This document shows, piece by piece, positions 21,940 to 30,502 of a DNA stretch of 32,000 bases. A model generated the notes under the pieces. The model was not told where the DNA came from, made no database searches, and was given only the letters and a program-made list of their open reading frames with translations. A program made the translations under genes and the position numbers. Positions within the stretch are counted from its first letter, which is position 1. Every line of letters starts with the position of its first letter. The stretch is from Halorhodospira halophila SL1 (GTDB lineage Bacteria > Pseudomonadota > Gammaproteobacteria > Nitrococcales > Halorhodospiraceae): the NCBI RefSeq assembly GCF_000015585.1, contig NC_008789.1, positions 1,140,001 through 1,172,000 on the forward strand, given 5' to 3'.

Positions 21940-23385
21940 TCAGGCCCGCCACAGATCCATAAAGGCGTGGACCGGCATCTGTTCCAGACCCGCCTGGTCG
22001 GACAGTGCCGCCTCGATGGCGCCAGCCTGCCGCGGGGCGAACCGCGCCGCCAGGGCGTTGCGGAACTTCTCCTCCAGCACCGGGATCCCCTCGTCACGGC
22101 GACGCCGGTGGCCGATGGGGTACTCCACGGCGATGCGCTCGGTCTTGGAGCCATCCTTGAAGAAGACCTGCACGGCGTTCCCGATGGAGCGCTTCTCCGG
22201 GTCCATGTAGTCCCGGGAGAAGGCCTCGTTCTCGGAGACCTCCATGCGCTCGCGCAGGGCGTCGATACGCGGGTCGGCCGCCACCGCATCCTCGTAGTCG
22301 GCGGCGGTCAGGCGGCCGAAGATCAGCGGCACCGCCACCATGTACTGGAGACAGTGGTCGCGGTCGGCAGGATTGTTCAGCGGGCCGGTCTTGTCGATGA
22401 TCCGCACCCCCGCCTCCTGGGTCTCGATGACCACCCGGTCGACCTCGTCGAGTCGAGGCGCCACCTCGGCGTGCAGCTGCAGGGCCGCCTCCACCGCGGT
22501 CTGAGCGTGGAACTCGGCGGGGAAGGAGATCTTGAACAGCACGTGCTCCATGACGTAACTGGCGTACGCCTGGGAGCGGCGGATCGGTTCCCCGCGGAAG
22601 AGCACGTCCTGGAAGCCCCACCCCTGGGCGGTGAGTGCCGACGGGTAGCCCATCTCGCCGGTGAGGCTCATCAGCGCCAGCCGGACCCCGCGGGCCGAGG
22701 CGTCCCCGGCGGCCCAGCTCTTGCGCGAGCCGGTGTTCGGGGCGTGGCGATAGGTCCGCAGGGCGCCGCCGTCGATCCAGGCGTTGGAGACGGCGTTGAT
22801 GATGTCCTCGCGGCTGCCGCCGAGCAGCTGCGTGGCCACCGCGGTGGTCGCCAGTCGCACCAGGAGGACGTGGTCGAGGCCGACACGGTTGAAGCTGTTC
22901 TCCAGCGCCAGCACGCCCTGGATCTCGTGGGCCTTGATGGCCGCAGTCAGCACCTCGCGCATGGTCAGCGGTGTCTGACCCAGCGCCAGGCGCCGACGGC
23001 TCTCGTAATCGGCCGCCGCCAGGATGCCACCGAGGTTATCCGAAGGGTGGCCCCACTCCGCCGCCAGCCAGGTATCGTTGAAGTCCAGCCAGCGGATCAG
23101 CGCGCCGATATTGAACGCCCCCTGCACGGGATCGAGCCGATGGGCGGTGCCCGGCACCACCACCCCGTCGCGCATCTCGGCCCCCGGGACGATGGGGCCG
23201 AGCAGTTTGGTACAGGCCGGGTAGTCGAGCGCCATCATGGCGCAGGCGAGGCTGTCCATCAGGCAGTGGCGGGCGGTCTGGTAGGCCTCGGCGGAGTCGA
23301 TGGCGGTCCCGCTGACGTAGTCGGCGATGGCCACCAGCTCGGCATCGGGGTCGGGGCGCTGGGCGCTGCGGATGTCTCCGGACAT
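21940..23385 (-). CDS. prpD: 2-methylcitrate dehydratase
   Basis: MmgE/PrpD pattern throughout (LVAIADYV..., [25 protein letters not shown]...). ATG 23385 has GGAAG 7 nt upstream; the track start at 23391 is a TTG two codons earlier. Confidence 0.95.
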   Translation of the reverse strand: MSGDIRSAQRPDPDAELVAIADYVSGTAIDSAEAYQTARHCLMDSLACAMMALDYPACTKLLGPIVPGAEMRDGVVVPGTAHRLDPVQGAFNIGALIRWLDFNDTWLAAEWGHPSDNLGGILAAADYESRRRLALGQTPLTMREVLTAAIKAHEIQGVLALENSFNRVGLDHVLLVRLATTAVATQLLGGSREDIINAVSNAWIDGGALRTYRHAPNTGSRKSWAAGDASARGVRLALMSLTGEMGYPSALTAQGWGFQDVLFRGEPIRRSQAYASYVMEHVLFKISFPAEFHAQTAVEAALQLHAEVAPRLDEVDRVVIETQEAGVRIIDKTGPLNNPADRDHCLQYMVAVPLIFGRLTAADYEDAVAADPRIDALRERMEVSENEAFSRDYMDPEKRSIGNAVQVFFKDGSKTERIAVEYPIGHRRRRDEGIPVLEEKFRNALAARFAPRQAGAIEAALSDQAGLEQMPVHAFMDLWRA

Positions 23386-23486
23386 GGGCAAGCTTCCTTA
23401 AGAACCAGTTACAAGTTGATCGCTTCGCGGTCGCAGTGGGCCGGCCGTCGCGGGCAACGGCGACCGCGGGTCACGAACCGGCGGCA

Positions 23487-24608
23487 TTAACGGCGATCGA
23501 TCGGCGGCACCGTCCGCAGGGTGTGGCCGGTGTAGTCGGCGCTCGGGCGGATGATGCGGTTCTTCGCCCGCTGCTCCATGACGTGGGCGGCCCACCCGCT
23601 GTGCCGGGACATCACGAAGATCGGCGTAAACAGCTTGGTGGGGATCCCCATGAAGCGGTAGGCGGAGGCGTGGTAGAAGTCGGCATTGGCGAACAGGCCC
23701 TTCTCGTCCCACATCATCTGCTCCACGGCCTCGGAGACCGGGAACAGGGTGTCGTCCCCCACCTCCTCGGCGAGTTCCCGGGACCACTCCTTGATCACGG
23801 CGTTGCGCGGGTCGACCTCGGTATAGACGGCATGGCCGAAGCCCATCACCTTCTCCTTGCGCTCGAGCATCCCGGAGAGCTCGCGCCGCGCTTCCTCGGG
23901 GCTCGACCACTGCTCGAGCATCTCCATCGCCGCCTCGTTGGCGCCGCCGTGGAGCGGGCCGCGCAGGGTCCCGATGGCGCCGGTGATCGCCGAGTGCATG
24001 TCGGACAACGTGGAGGCGCAGACCCGCGCGGCGAACGTGGAGGCGTTGAACTCGTGCTCCGCGTAGAGGATCAGCGAGACGTGCATCACGTCCTTGTGCA
24101 GCTCGTTGGGGCGCTCGCCGCGGAGCAGGTAGAGGAAGTGGCCGCCGATCGAATCCTCATCGCTGTCGGTGTCGATCCGCACGCCGTCGTGGCTGTAGCG
24201 GTACCAGTAGGTGATGATCGACGGGAAGACCGCCAGCAGACGATCGGCGACGTCGGCCTGCTGCGCGAAGTCGGTCTCGGTCTCCAGGGTACCGAGCATG
24301 GAGCAGCCGGTCCGCATCACGTCCATGGGGTGGGCGTCCCGGGGGATCTGTTCGAGCACCGCCTTGACCGCCGGGGGCAGCTCGCGCATGCCCGACAGGC
24401 GGCGCTTGTAGGCATCGAGCCCGGCGCGGTCCGGCAACTCGCCGTAAAGCAGCAGGTAGGCCACCTCCTCGAACTCGCACTGCGCCGCCAGGTCGCGGAC
24501 ATCGTAGCCGCGATAGGTCAGGCCGGTCCCCTCCTGCCCCACCGTACACAGCGCCGTCTCCCCGGCGGATTGGCCGCGCAGCCCGGCACCCGTCTTCTTA
24601 CCCGTCAT
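23487..24608 (-). CDS. prpC: 2-methylcitrate synthase
   Basis: 373 aa citrate-synthase fold: [48 protein letters not shown]. The start ATG overlaps the prpB stop (ATGA at 24605-24608). Confidence 0.95.
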   Translation of the reverse strand: MTGKKTGAGLRGQSAGETALCTVGQEGTGLTYRGYDVRDLAAQCEFEEVAYLLLYGELPDRAGLDAYKRRLSGMRELPPAVKAVLEQIPRDAHPMDVMRTGCSMLGTLETETDFAQQADVADRLLAVFPSIITYWYRYSHDGVRIDTDSDEDSIGGHFLYLLRGERPNELHKDVMHVSLILYAEHEFNASTFAARVCASTLSDMHSAITGAIGTLRGPLHGGANEAAMEMLEQWSSPEEARRELSGMLERKEKVMGFGHAVYTEVDPRNAVIKEWSRELAEEVGDDTLFPVSEAVEQMMWDEKGLFANADFYHASAYRFMGIPTKLFTPIFVMSRHSGWAAHVMEQRAKNRIIRPSADYTGHTLRTVPPIDRR

Positions 24609-25510
24609 CGCTGTCCTCCTCCTGTTCGTCCGTCGCGCCCGAAGAGCTCATCGAGCTTGCGCTCGTAGTCGTGATAACCGAGTACCTCGTAGAGTTCCTC
24701 GCGCGTTTGCATGCGATCGAGCACCCGCTCCTGGGTACCGTCAGCACGGATGGCACCGTAGACCGCTTCAGCGGCCCGGCTCATGGCACGGAAGGCCGAC
24801 AGCGGATACAGGACCAGGCCCGCACCCGCCTCGCGCAACTCCTCCACCGTAAAGTACGGGGTCTTGCCGAACTCGGTGATGTTGGCCAGCACCGGCACCG
24901 GCACGCGGTCGGTGAAGGCGCGGATATCGTCCAGACTGTGCATGGCCTCGGCGAAGACCATATCGGCGCCGGCCTCCACATAGGCCTCAGCGCGCTCCAC
25001 GGCCGCCTCGAGCCCCTCGGAGGCCCGGGCATCGGTCCGCGCCATGACCACCAGCTCGGGGTCCGTACGGGCATCCACCGCCGCCTTCACCCGGTCGACC
25101 ATCTCGGCGGTGGAGACCAGTTCCTTGCCCGGGCGGTGCCCACAGCGCTTGGCCTGGACCTGATCCTCGATGTGCACCGCGGCCGCCCCGGCTCGCGTCA
25201 GCTCCCGGACGGTGCGGGCCACACTGAAGGCCCCGCCGAAGCCGGTGTCGATATCCACCAGCACCGGGGTACGGGTCGCGTCGGTGATGCGCCGCACATC
25301 CTCGACGACGTCCGCCAGCTGAGTGATCCCCAGATCCGGCAGACCGTAGGAGGCATTGGCCACCCCCGCCCCCGAGACATACAGCGCCCGGAACCCGGCC
25401 CGCTCGGCAAGCAGTGCCGAGTAGGCATTGATGGCCCCCACCACTTGCAGCGGGCGTTCGTCCGCGACCGCGTCGCGGAACCGCCGCCCGGCGGATGACT
25501 GCTCTGTCAT
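24605..25510 (-). CDS. prpB: Methylisocitrate lyase
   Basis: 301 aa. PEP-mutase/ICL family motifs: [52 protein letters not shown]. Confidence 0.95.
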   Translation of the reverse strand: MTEQSSAGRRFRDAVADERPLQVVGAINAYSALLAERAGFRALYVSGAGVANASYGLPDLGITQLADVVEDVRRITDATRTPVLVDIDTGFGGAFSVARTVRELTRAGAAAVHIEDQVQAKRCGHRPGKELVSTAEMVDRVKAAVDARTDPELVVMARTDARASEGLEAAVERAEAYVEAGADMVFAEAMHSLDDIRAFTDRVPVPVLANITEFGKTPYFTVEELREAGAGLVLYPLSAFRAMSRAAEAVYGAIRADGTQERVLDRMQTREELYEVLGYHDYERKLDELFGRDGRTGGGQR

Positions 25511-25532
25511 GTTTCTGTTCGCTCCGTGTGGT

Positions 25533-25581
25533 GATCGGATTCAGCGGATCGCTCGGATCAGGCGATCGGGATCAGGCGACC
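25533..25581. repeat. GATC-dense element with a 14-bp tandem duplication at the acuI/prpB junction
   Basis: Five GATC sites at 25533, 25547, 25556, 25564 and 25570. Tandem units are CGGATCAGGCGATC (25554-25567) and GGGATCAGGCGACC (25568-25581), 12/14 identical, and span the acuI stop codon. Confidence 0.7.
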
Positions 25582-26576
25582 GTATCGCCGCCGACCCGGA
25601 CCAGGGTCCGGCCGGTGACCTGCCTGGCAAGCACCGCCTCGGCGGCGTCCCGCAACTGCTCCAGCGCCACCTCGCGGGTGATATAACCTTCGGGGTCGCG
25701 GGGGCGCAGGTCGTCGCCCAGGCGCCGCCAGCCCTCCAGGCGGAGCCCCCGCGGGCAGTTGGCCGAGCTGATCCCGAGGAGGCTGACGCCGCGCAGGATC
25801 CAGGGCATGACGGTGGTCTCCAGCTTGACGCCCCCGGCCAGACCGATGGCCGCGACGTTGCCGTACTCCTCGACCTGGGGCAGGAGGCCGGCCAGCAGCG
25901 GGCCACCCACCGTGTCGACCACGCCGCCAAAGCGGGCCCGGTCCAGCGGGCGCTCGCTGAGCCCGATGGCGTCCGGGGCCACCACCTCGGCAGCCCCCAG
26001 CCCGCGCAGGTACGCCGCGGCCGGCTCCTTACCGGAGACCGCAATCACCCGGTAGCCGGCATTGCTGAACAGGTCCACGGCGATACTGCCGACACCGCCC
26101 GATGCCCCGGTCACCACCACGTCGCCCAACGCCGGGGTCTGCCCGGCCGCCTCCATGCGGATCAGCGCCAGGGCTGCAGTGAAACCCGCGGTGCCGAGCG
26201 CCATCGCCTCACGGACGGTGACTTCCGCCGGGACCGGCACGACCCAGTCGGCAGGGACCCGCACGTACTCGGCGAACCCCCCGTCGTGGACCTCGCCCAG
26301 CCCGCAGCCGGTGACCAGGACCCGATCCCCGGGGACCACGTCCGCGCTGTCGCTGGCCGCCACGACGCCAGCGGCGTCGATCCCCGGGGTCATGGGGAAA
26401 CGACGCAGGATCTTGCCCTGGCCCGTAACGGCCAGGGCGTCTTTGTAGTTCAGTGAGGAGTAGGCCACCCGGATCAGGACATCGCCGGCCGGCAGATCGT
26501 CGCCGCCGAGGGTCACAACCCCACCCTGATCCTCCTTGCCGGCTTCCGACACGCGCCACGCCTGGAAATTTTGCAT
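25572..26576 (-). CDS. acuI: YhdH/AcuI-type MDR NADPH-dependent acryloyl-CoA reductase / quinone-oxidoreductase-like
   Basis: 334 aa. GDVLIRVAYSSLNYKDALAVTGQGKILRRFPMTPGIDAAGVV and VVVTGASGGVGSIAVDL are typical of the zinc-free YhdH/AcuI subfamily. ATG 26576 follows AGAGGTGA. Confidence 0.8.
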   Translation of the reverse strand: MQNFQAWRVSEAGKEDQGGVVTLGGDDLPAGDVLIRVAYSSLNYKDALAVTGQGKILRRFPMTPGIDAAGVVAASDSADVVPGDRVLVTGCGLGEVHDGGFAEYVRVPADWVVPVPAEVTVREAMALGTAGFTAALALIRMEAAGQTPALGDVVVTGASGGVGSIAVDLFSNAGYRVIAVSGKEPAAAYLRGLGAAEVVAPDAIGLSERPLDRARFGGVVDTVGGPLLAGLLPQVEEYGNVAAIGLAGGVKLETTVMPWILRGVSLLGISSANCPRGLRLEGWRRLGDDLRPRDPEGYITREVALEQLRDAAEAVLARQVTGRTLVRVGGDTVA

Positions 26577-26650
26577 TCTGGGTCACCTCTGACAGCCCGC
26601 TCAGCGAGTCTACAACAGCGTTTTACTGCTTCCCAAATCCTATTTTTGAC

Positions 26651-26670
26651 AAAAGGTTACATTACCTTTT
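26651..26670. promoter_or_regulatory. Near-perfect 20-bp palindrome AAAAGGTTAC/ATTACCTTTT overlapping a TTGACA hexamer (candidate operator)
   Basis: 8 of 10 positions pair (AAAAGGT-N6-ACCTTTT core). TTGACA at 26646-26651 abuts it. It lies in the AT-richest stretch of the 279-bp acuI/ABC-transporter divergent gap. Confidence 0.4.
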
Positions 26671-26855
26671 AGCCCTCTATGGACGCTCATCGCGGGCCAT
26701 GCGGCGCAATAACCATTATTCCCAACAATGTTCCGATTCGCGGTCCATTGGGCGCGCACCGGGTCAAGCCCTCCGTTGGACCCCGCGCGGCGCTTGGTGC
26801 ACCATGAGCTGCGGTCAAAAACCGACCCCGCAGCGAGGATTCACAGGCACGACCC

Positions 26856-29387
26856 ATGGCGCCGCGCACCTATCTCCCTTTGGCCGTGCTGGCCCTGATC
26901 GCCGGGGCGATCGCCGCCGTGCTGATGATCGGCGAACAGCGCGGCGCAGACACCGAAACCAGCAACCGGGGCGAACCTGGTGAGCCGGCCGATCGCCGCG
27001 GGGCCCTGGTCGATGAGGTGGTCTTCACCGAGGAGTCCGACCCGGGCCGGCTCACTGCGCTGATCGAGCACGGCTCACACCACCTGTTCACCCAGGGCAT
27101 CGACAGCGCCACGATCTTCCGTCAGGCGCAGGATTCCGACCAGGTCGGCCACTTTCTCTCCCACGGCACGGCCATCGAACTAACCCTCAACCCGGCGGCC
27201 TTCGAGGATGATCAGCGGCTCAATCCGTTCCAGGAGCCCCGCATCCGCGAGGCGCTCAACCGCCTCGTCGACCGGCGCTATGTGGCCGAGGAGCTCTTCG
27301 GTGGCCTCGCCGTCCCCCGCTATCTGCCGATCAACACCGCCTTCCCGGACTACGCCCGCCTGGCGGAGACCGCCCGATCCCTGGAGCTCGAGTACCGCCA
27401 CGACCCGGACCGCGCCGAGGCGACCATCGCCGAGGAGATGGAAGCCCTCGGCGCCGAGCGCCGGGGCGGCCGCTGGTACTACCAGGGGGAGCCGGTGACC
27501 CTGTCGGTACTCATTCGCACCGAGGACAACCGCGAGCGGGTCGGCGACTACATCGCCAACCTCATGGAGGACCTCGGCTTCGCGGTCGAGCGCCTCTACC
27601 GCACGGCGGAGGAGGCGTCGCGGATCTGGATGACCGGGGACCCGGCGGCCGGGCGCTGGCACATCTACACCGGCGCCTGGGTGTCGACGGTGATCAACCG
27701 GGACATTGGCGACGACTTGAACTATTACTACACGCCCCGGGGCCGTCCCGATCCACTGTGGCAGGCGTACGACCCCACCGAGGCGTTCAGCACCGCCGCC
27801 GAACGCCTGGAGCGGCGCGACTACAGCAGTGTCGAGGAGCGCCAGACCCTCATGAAGGAGGGGCTCGAACTGGCCATGGAGAACTCGGCGCGCATCTGGC
27901 TGGTCGATCAGCTCAGCGTCTGGCCCCACGCCGCCGATCTGGAAGTCGCCGGGGACCTGGCCGGGGGGCTCTCGGGCTCTCAGCTGTGGCCCTTCACCCT
28001 GCGTTTCAGCGACCGCGTGGGCGGCCGGGTGGTGGCCGCCACCCCGAGCATGCTGACCGAGCCCTGGAACCCGGTCGCGGGCAGTAACTGGATCTTCGAC
28101 CGGATGATCCTGCGCGGCCTGACCGACTCGGCAGTGCTGCCCGACCCCTTCACCGGCCTCTACTGGCCGCAGCGCATCGAGTCGGCCGAGGTCACCGTGA
28201 CCGAAGACGCGCCGGTCTCTCGCACCCTGGACTGGGTGTCGCTGGAGACCACCGAGGAGATCGAGATCCCGGGCGACGCCTGGATCGACTGGGACCCGGA
28301 GGAGCAGCGCATCCTCACCGTCGACGACCGGCACGAGGACGGGCTGACCGCACGCTCGCGGGTGGTGCTCCACTACGAGGACGACTACCTGGAGCGGCGC
28401 TGGCACGATGGCTCACAGGTCTCGGTGGCCGACGTGGTGCTGCCGTGGATCCTCAGCTTCGCCCGGGCCGACGAGGACAGCCCGCTGTTCGATCCATCGC
28501 ATCTGCCAGAGTTTGAGGTCTACCAGCGCAACTTCCGCGGCTGGCGCATGATCGATACCGACCCCCTGACCGTCGAGGTCTACAGCGACCAGGTCTACCC
28601 GGACGCCGAAAACCTCGTCGCCGCCCGCATCCCCGGCGCCCTGCCCTGGCACGTACTCAACCTGGGCATCCAGGCCGAACGCGGCGGCGAGCTGGCCTTC
28701 TCCTCCAGCAAGGCCGACCGCATGGACGTGGAGTGGCTCAACCTGGTCTCCGGCCCCAGCCTGGAGATCCTCCGGGGTTACCTGCAGGCCGCCACCGAGA
28801 GCGAGCAGGTGCCCTTCGAGGACGTCCTCGGCACGTGGCTGCGCGAGGGCGAGGCCGCCGAGCGCTACCGCGCCCTGGGCGAGTGGCACCGGGAGCGCGG
28901 CCACTTCTGGGTCGACGACGGCCCCTTCTACCTGCATTCGGTGCGCCCGGTGGAGGGGAGCATCGTCCTGCGCCGCTACGCCGACCACCCGGACCCGTCG
29001 GACAAGTGGCTGCGCTTTACTGATCCGCGGATCCCGGAACTGGAGATCGACGGGCCGCTGCTGGTCGAGCGCGGCGATGACCTGGAGCTGACGGTGCGCA
29101 TCACCTACGCCGGCGAAGCCTACCCGGGTGAAGAGATCGAGGCGGCGCGCTTCCTGCTCTTCGACAAGAACGACCAGCTGGTGCTGGAGCGCGAGGCCGA
29201 ACCCGCTGCAGGCGGGGAGTGGCATATCCGCGTCCCGGCCGAGGAGTTGGAGGCGCTGGGCACCGGGGCCAACAGCCTGGAGCTAGCGGTCACCTCGCAG
29301 AGCGTGGCCCTGCCGGCCTTCGCCACCCACGCCTTCGCCACGCTGCCCGCCGGCGAGGCTGAAGCAGACGGCGAGGAGGAGGAGTAA
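26856..29387 (+). CDS. Family-5 (DppA/OppA-type) ABC substrate-binding protein, oversized and N-terminally membrane-anchored
   Basis: 843 aa. N-terminus MAPRTYLPLAVLALIAGAIAAVLMIG has no lipobox Cys. SBP_bac_5-like core (NPFQEPRIREALNRLVDRRYV..., DPDRAEATIAEEMEALG...VTLSVLIRTEDNRERVGDYIANLMEDLGFAV). Long acidic C-terminal extension ending EAEADGEEEE. Confidence 0.85.
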   Translation: MAPRTYLPLAVLALIAGAIAAVLMIGEQRGADTETSNRGEPGEPADRRGALVDEVVFTEESDPGRLTALIEHGSHHLFTQGIDSATIFRQAQDSDQVGHFLSHGTAIELTLNPAAFEDDQRLNPFQEPRIREALNRLVDRRYVAEELFGGLAVPRYLPINTAFPDYARLAETARSLELEYRHDPDRAEATIAEEMEALGAERRGGRWYYQGEPVTLSVLIRTEDNRERVGDYIANLMEDLGFAVERLYRTAEEASRIWMTGDPAAGRWHIYTGAWVSTVINRDIGDDLNYYYTPRGRPDPLWQAYDPTEAFSTAAERLERRDYSSVEERQTLMKEGLELAMENSARIWLVDQLSVWPHAADLEVAGDLAGGLSGSQLWPFTLRFSDRVGGRVVAATPSMLTEPWNPVAGSNWIFDRMILRGLTDSAVLPDPFTGLYWPQRIESAEVTVTEDAPVSRTLDWVSLETTEEIEIPGDAWIDWDPEEQRILTVDDRHEDGLTARSRVVLHYEDDYLERRWHDGSQVSVADVVLPWILSFARADEDSPLFDPSHLPEFEVYQRNFRGWRMIDTDPLTVEVYSDQVYPDAENLVAARIPGALPWHVLNLGIQAERGGELAFSSSKADRMDVEWLNLVSGPSLEILRGYLQAATESEQVPFEDVLGTWLREGEAAERYRALGEWHRERGHFWVDDGPFYLHSVRPVEGSIVLRRYADHPDPSDKWLRFTDPRIPELEIDGPLLVERGDDLELTVRITYAGEAYPGEEIEAARFLLFDKNDQLVLEREAEPAAGGEWHIRVPAEELEALGTGANSLELAVTSQSVALPAFATHAFATLPAGEAEADGEEEE

Positions 29388-29389
29388 CC

Positions 29390-30502
29390 GTGGCCACCGC
29401 CGCACCCGCCAGCCGTACCGCCTCCCTGCTGCGCGACCTTCGCTATCTGGGGGTCTTCACCGCCAAGCGGGTGATCGCGCTGCTGCTGACCGTGCTGGTC
29501 GGCGTCTACCTGACCATCCTCATCGCCAACATGGGCGGCCAGGTGGACGAGCTGCGCATGGCACAGATCCAGGGCGAGGTCGCCGAGCAGGTCCGCGGCG
29601 ACCCGGCCTTCCAGGATCTGGACTCGGAGGAGCGCGAGGAGCTGATGCAGCGGCAGATCGACCTGGAGGTCGAGCGCCTGCGTCTCGACGAGCCGTTCAT
29701 CCTGCGCAGCTTCGACTACCTGCGCGCGGCCATGACCCTCGACCTCGGGCGCGCCGAGCAGATGCACAGCGACGCGGGATCCCGGCAGGTCTACAACATC
29801 ATCGTCGAGCGGCTCCCGGCGACGCTGCTGCTCTTCGGCACGGCCAACCTGCTGGTGTTCTTCGTCTCGGTCTTCGCCGCCCTGTCGCTGTCCCGGCGCT
29901 ACGGCAGCCGTCTGGACCAGAGCGTCATCGGCCTGGCCCCCACCTCGGCGGCCCCGGCGTGGTTCTACGGCATCTTCCTGATCCTGCTGTTCGCCTTCAT
30001 CTTCCCGCTGCTGCCAACCGGGGGGATGGTGGCGGTACCGCCGCCCGAGGACCCGTGGGCCTACGCGGCCAGCGTGATCCGGCACATGGCCCTGCCGGTG
30101 GCGGCGATGTTCATCGCCCAGATCTTCATATCGATCTACTCGTGGCGAACCTTCTTTCTCATCCACTCCAGCGAGGACTACGTGGAGATGGCCCGGGCCA
30201 AGGGGCTACCCGACGCGCTGGTCGAGCAGCGTTACATCCTGCGGCCGACGCTCTCGCCGATCATCACCAGCTTCCTGCTGATGCTCATCGGCCTGTGGAG
30301 CGGGGCGATCATCCTCGAGCAGGTGTTCAACTGGCCGGGCCTGGGGACACTGCTGTTCGAGGCCATCGGCCACCGTGACACGCCGGTGATCATCGGCTCG
30401 GTGGTCGTCTTCGCCTACCTGCTGGCGGTCACCGTGTTCCTGCTGGATTTCCTCTACGCCATCCTGGACCCGCGGGTCCGTATCGACGGGGGGCAGCGAT
30501 GA
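29390..30502 (+). CDS. ABC transporter permease (DppB/OppB-type)
   Basis: GTG 29390, 2 nt after the SBP stop; 370 aa. BPD_transp_1 EAA-loop region (YVEMARAKGLPDALVEQRYILRPTL) and the typical C-terminus LLDFLYAILDPRVR. Confidence 0.9.
   Translation: MATAAPASRTASLLRDLRYLGVFTAKRVIALLLTVLVGVYLTILIANMGGQVDELRMAQIQGEVAEQVRGDPAFQDLDSEEREELMQRQIDLEVERLRLDEPFILRSFDYLRAAMTLDLGRAEQMHSDAGSRQVYNIIVERLPATLLLFGTANLLVFFVSVFAALSLSRRYGSRLDQSVIGLAPTSAAPAWFYGIFLILLFAFIFPLLPTGGMVAVPPPEDPWAYAASVIRHMALPVAAMFIAQIFISIYSWRTFFLIHSSEDYVEMARAKGLPDALVEQRYILRPTLSPIITSFLLMLIGLWSGAIILEQVFNWPGLGTLLFEAIGHRDTPVIIGSVVVFAYLLAVTVFLLDFLYAILDPRVRIDGGQR

Noticed and set aside
17033-26456. Antisense ORFs 17033..18778 (+), 19618..20481 (+), 21967..23490 (+), 23436..24668 (+), 24671..25498 (+) and 25428..26456 (+).
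   Set aside because: Each mirrors a confidently assigned minus-strand gene (ABC-class ATPase, mocR, prpD, prpC, prpB, acuI) and has a low-complexity translation.
27180-30166. Antisense ORFs 27180..28406 (-), 28413..29225 (-) and 29120..30166 (-) opposite the SBP and first permease.
   Set aside because: Shadow ORFs of GC-rich coding sequence. The + strand products have clear SBP_bac_5 and permease signatures.
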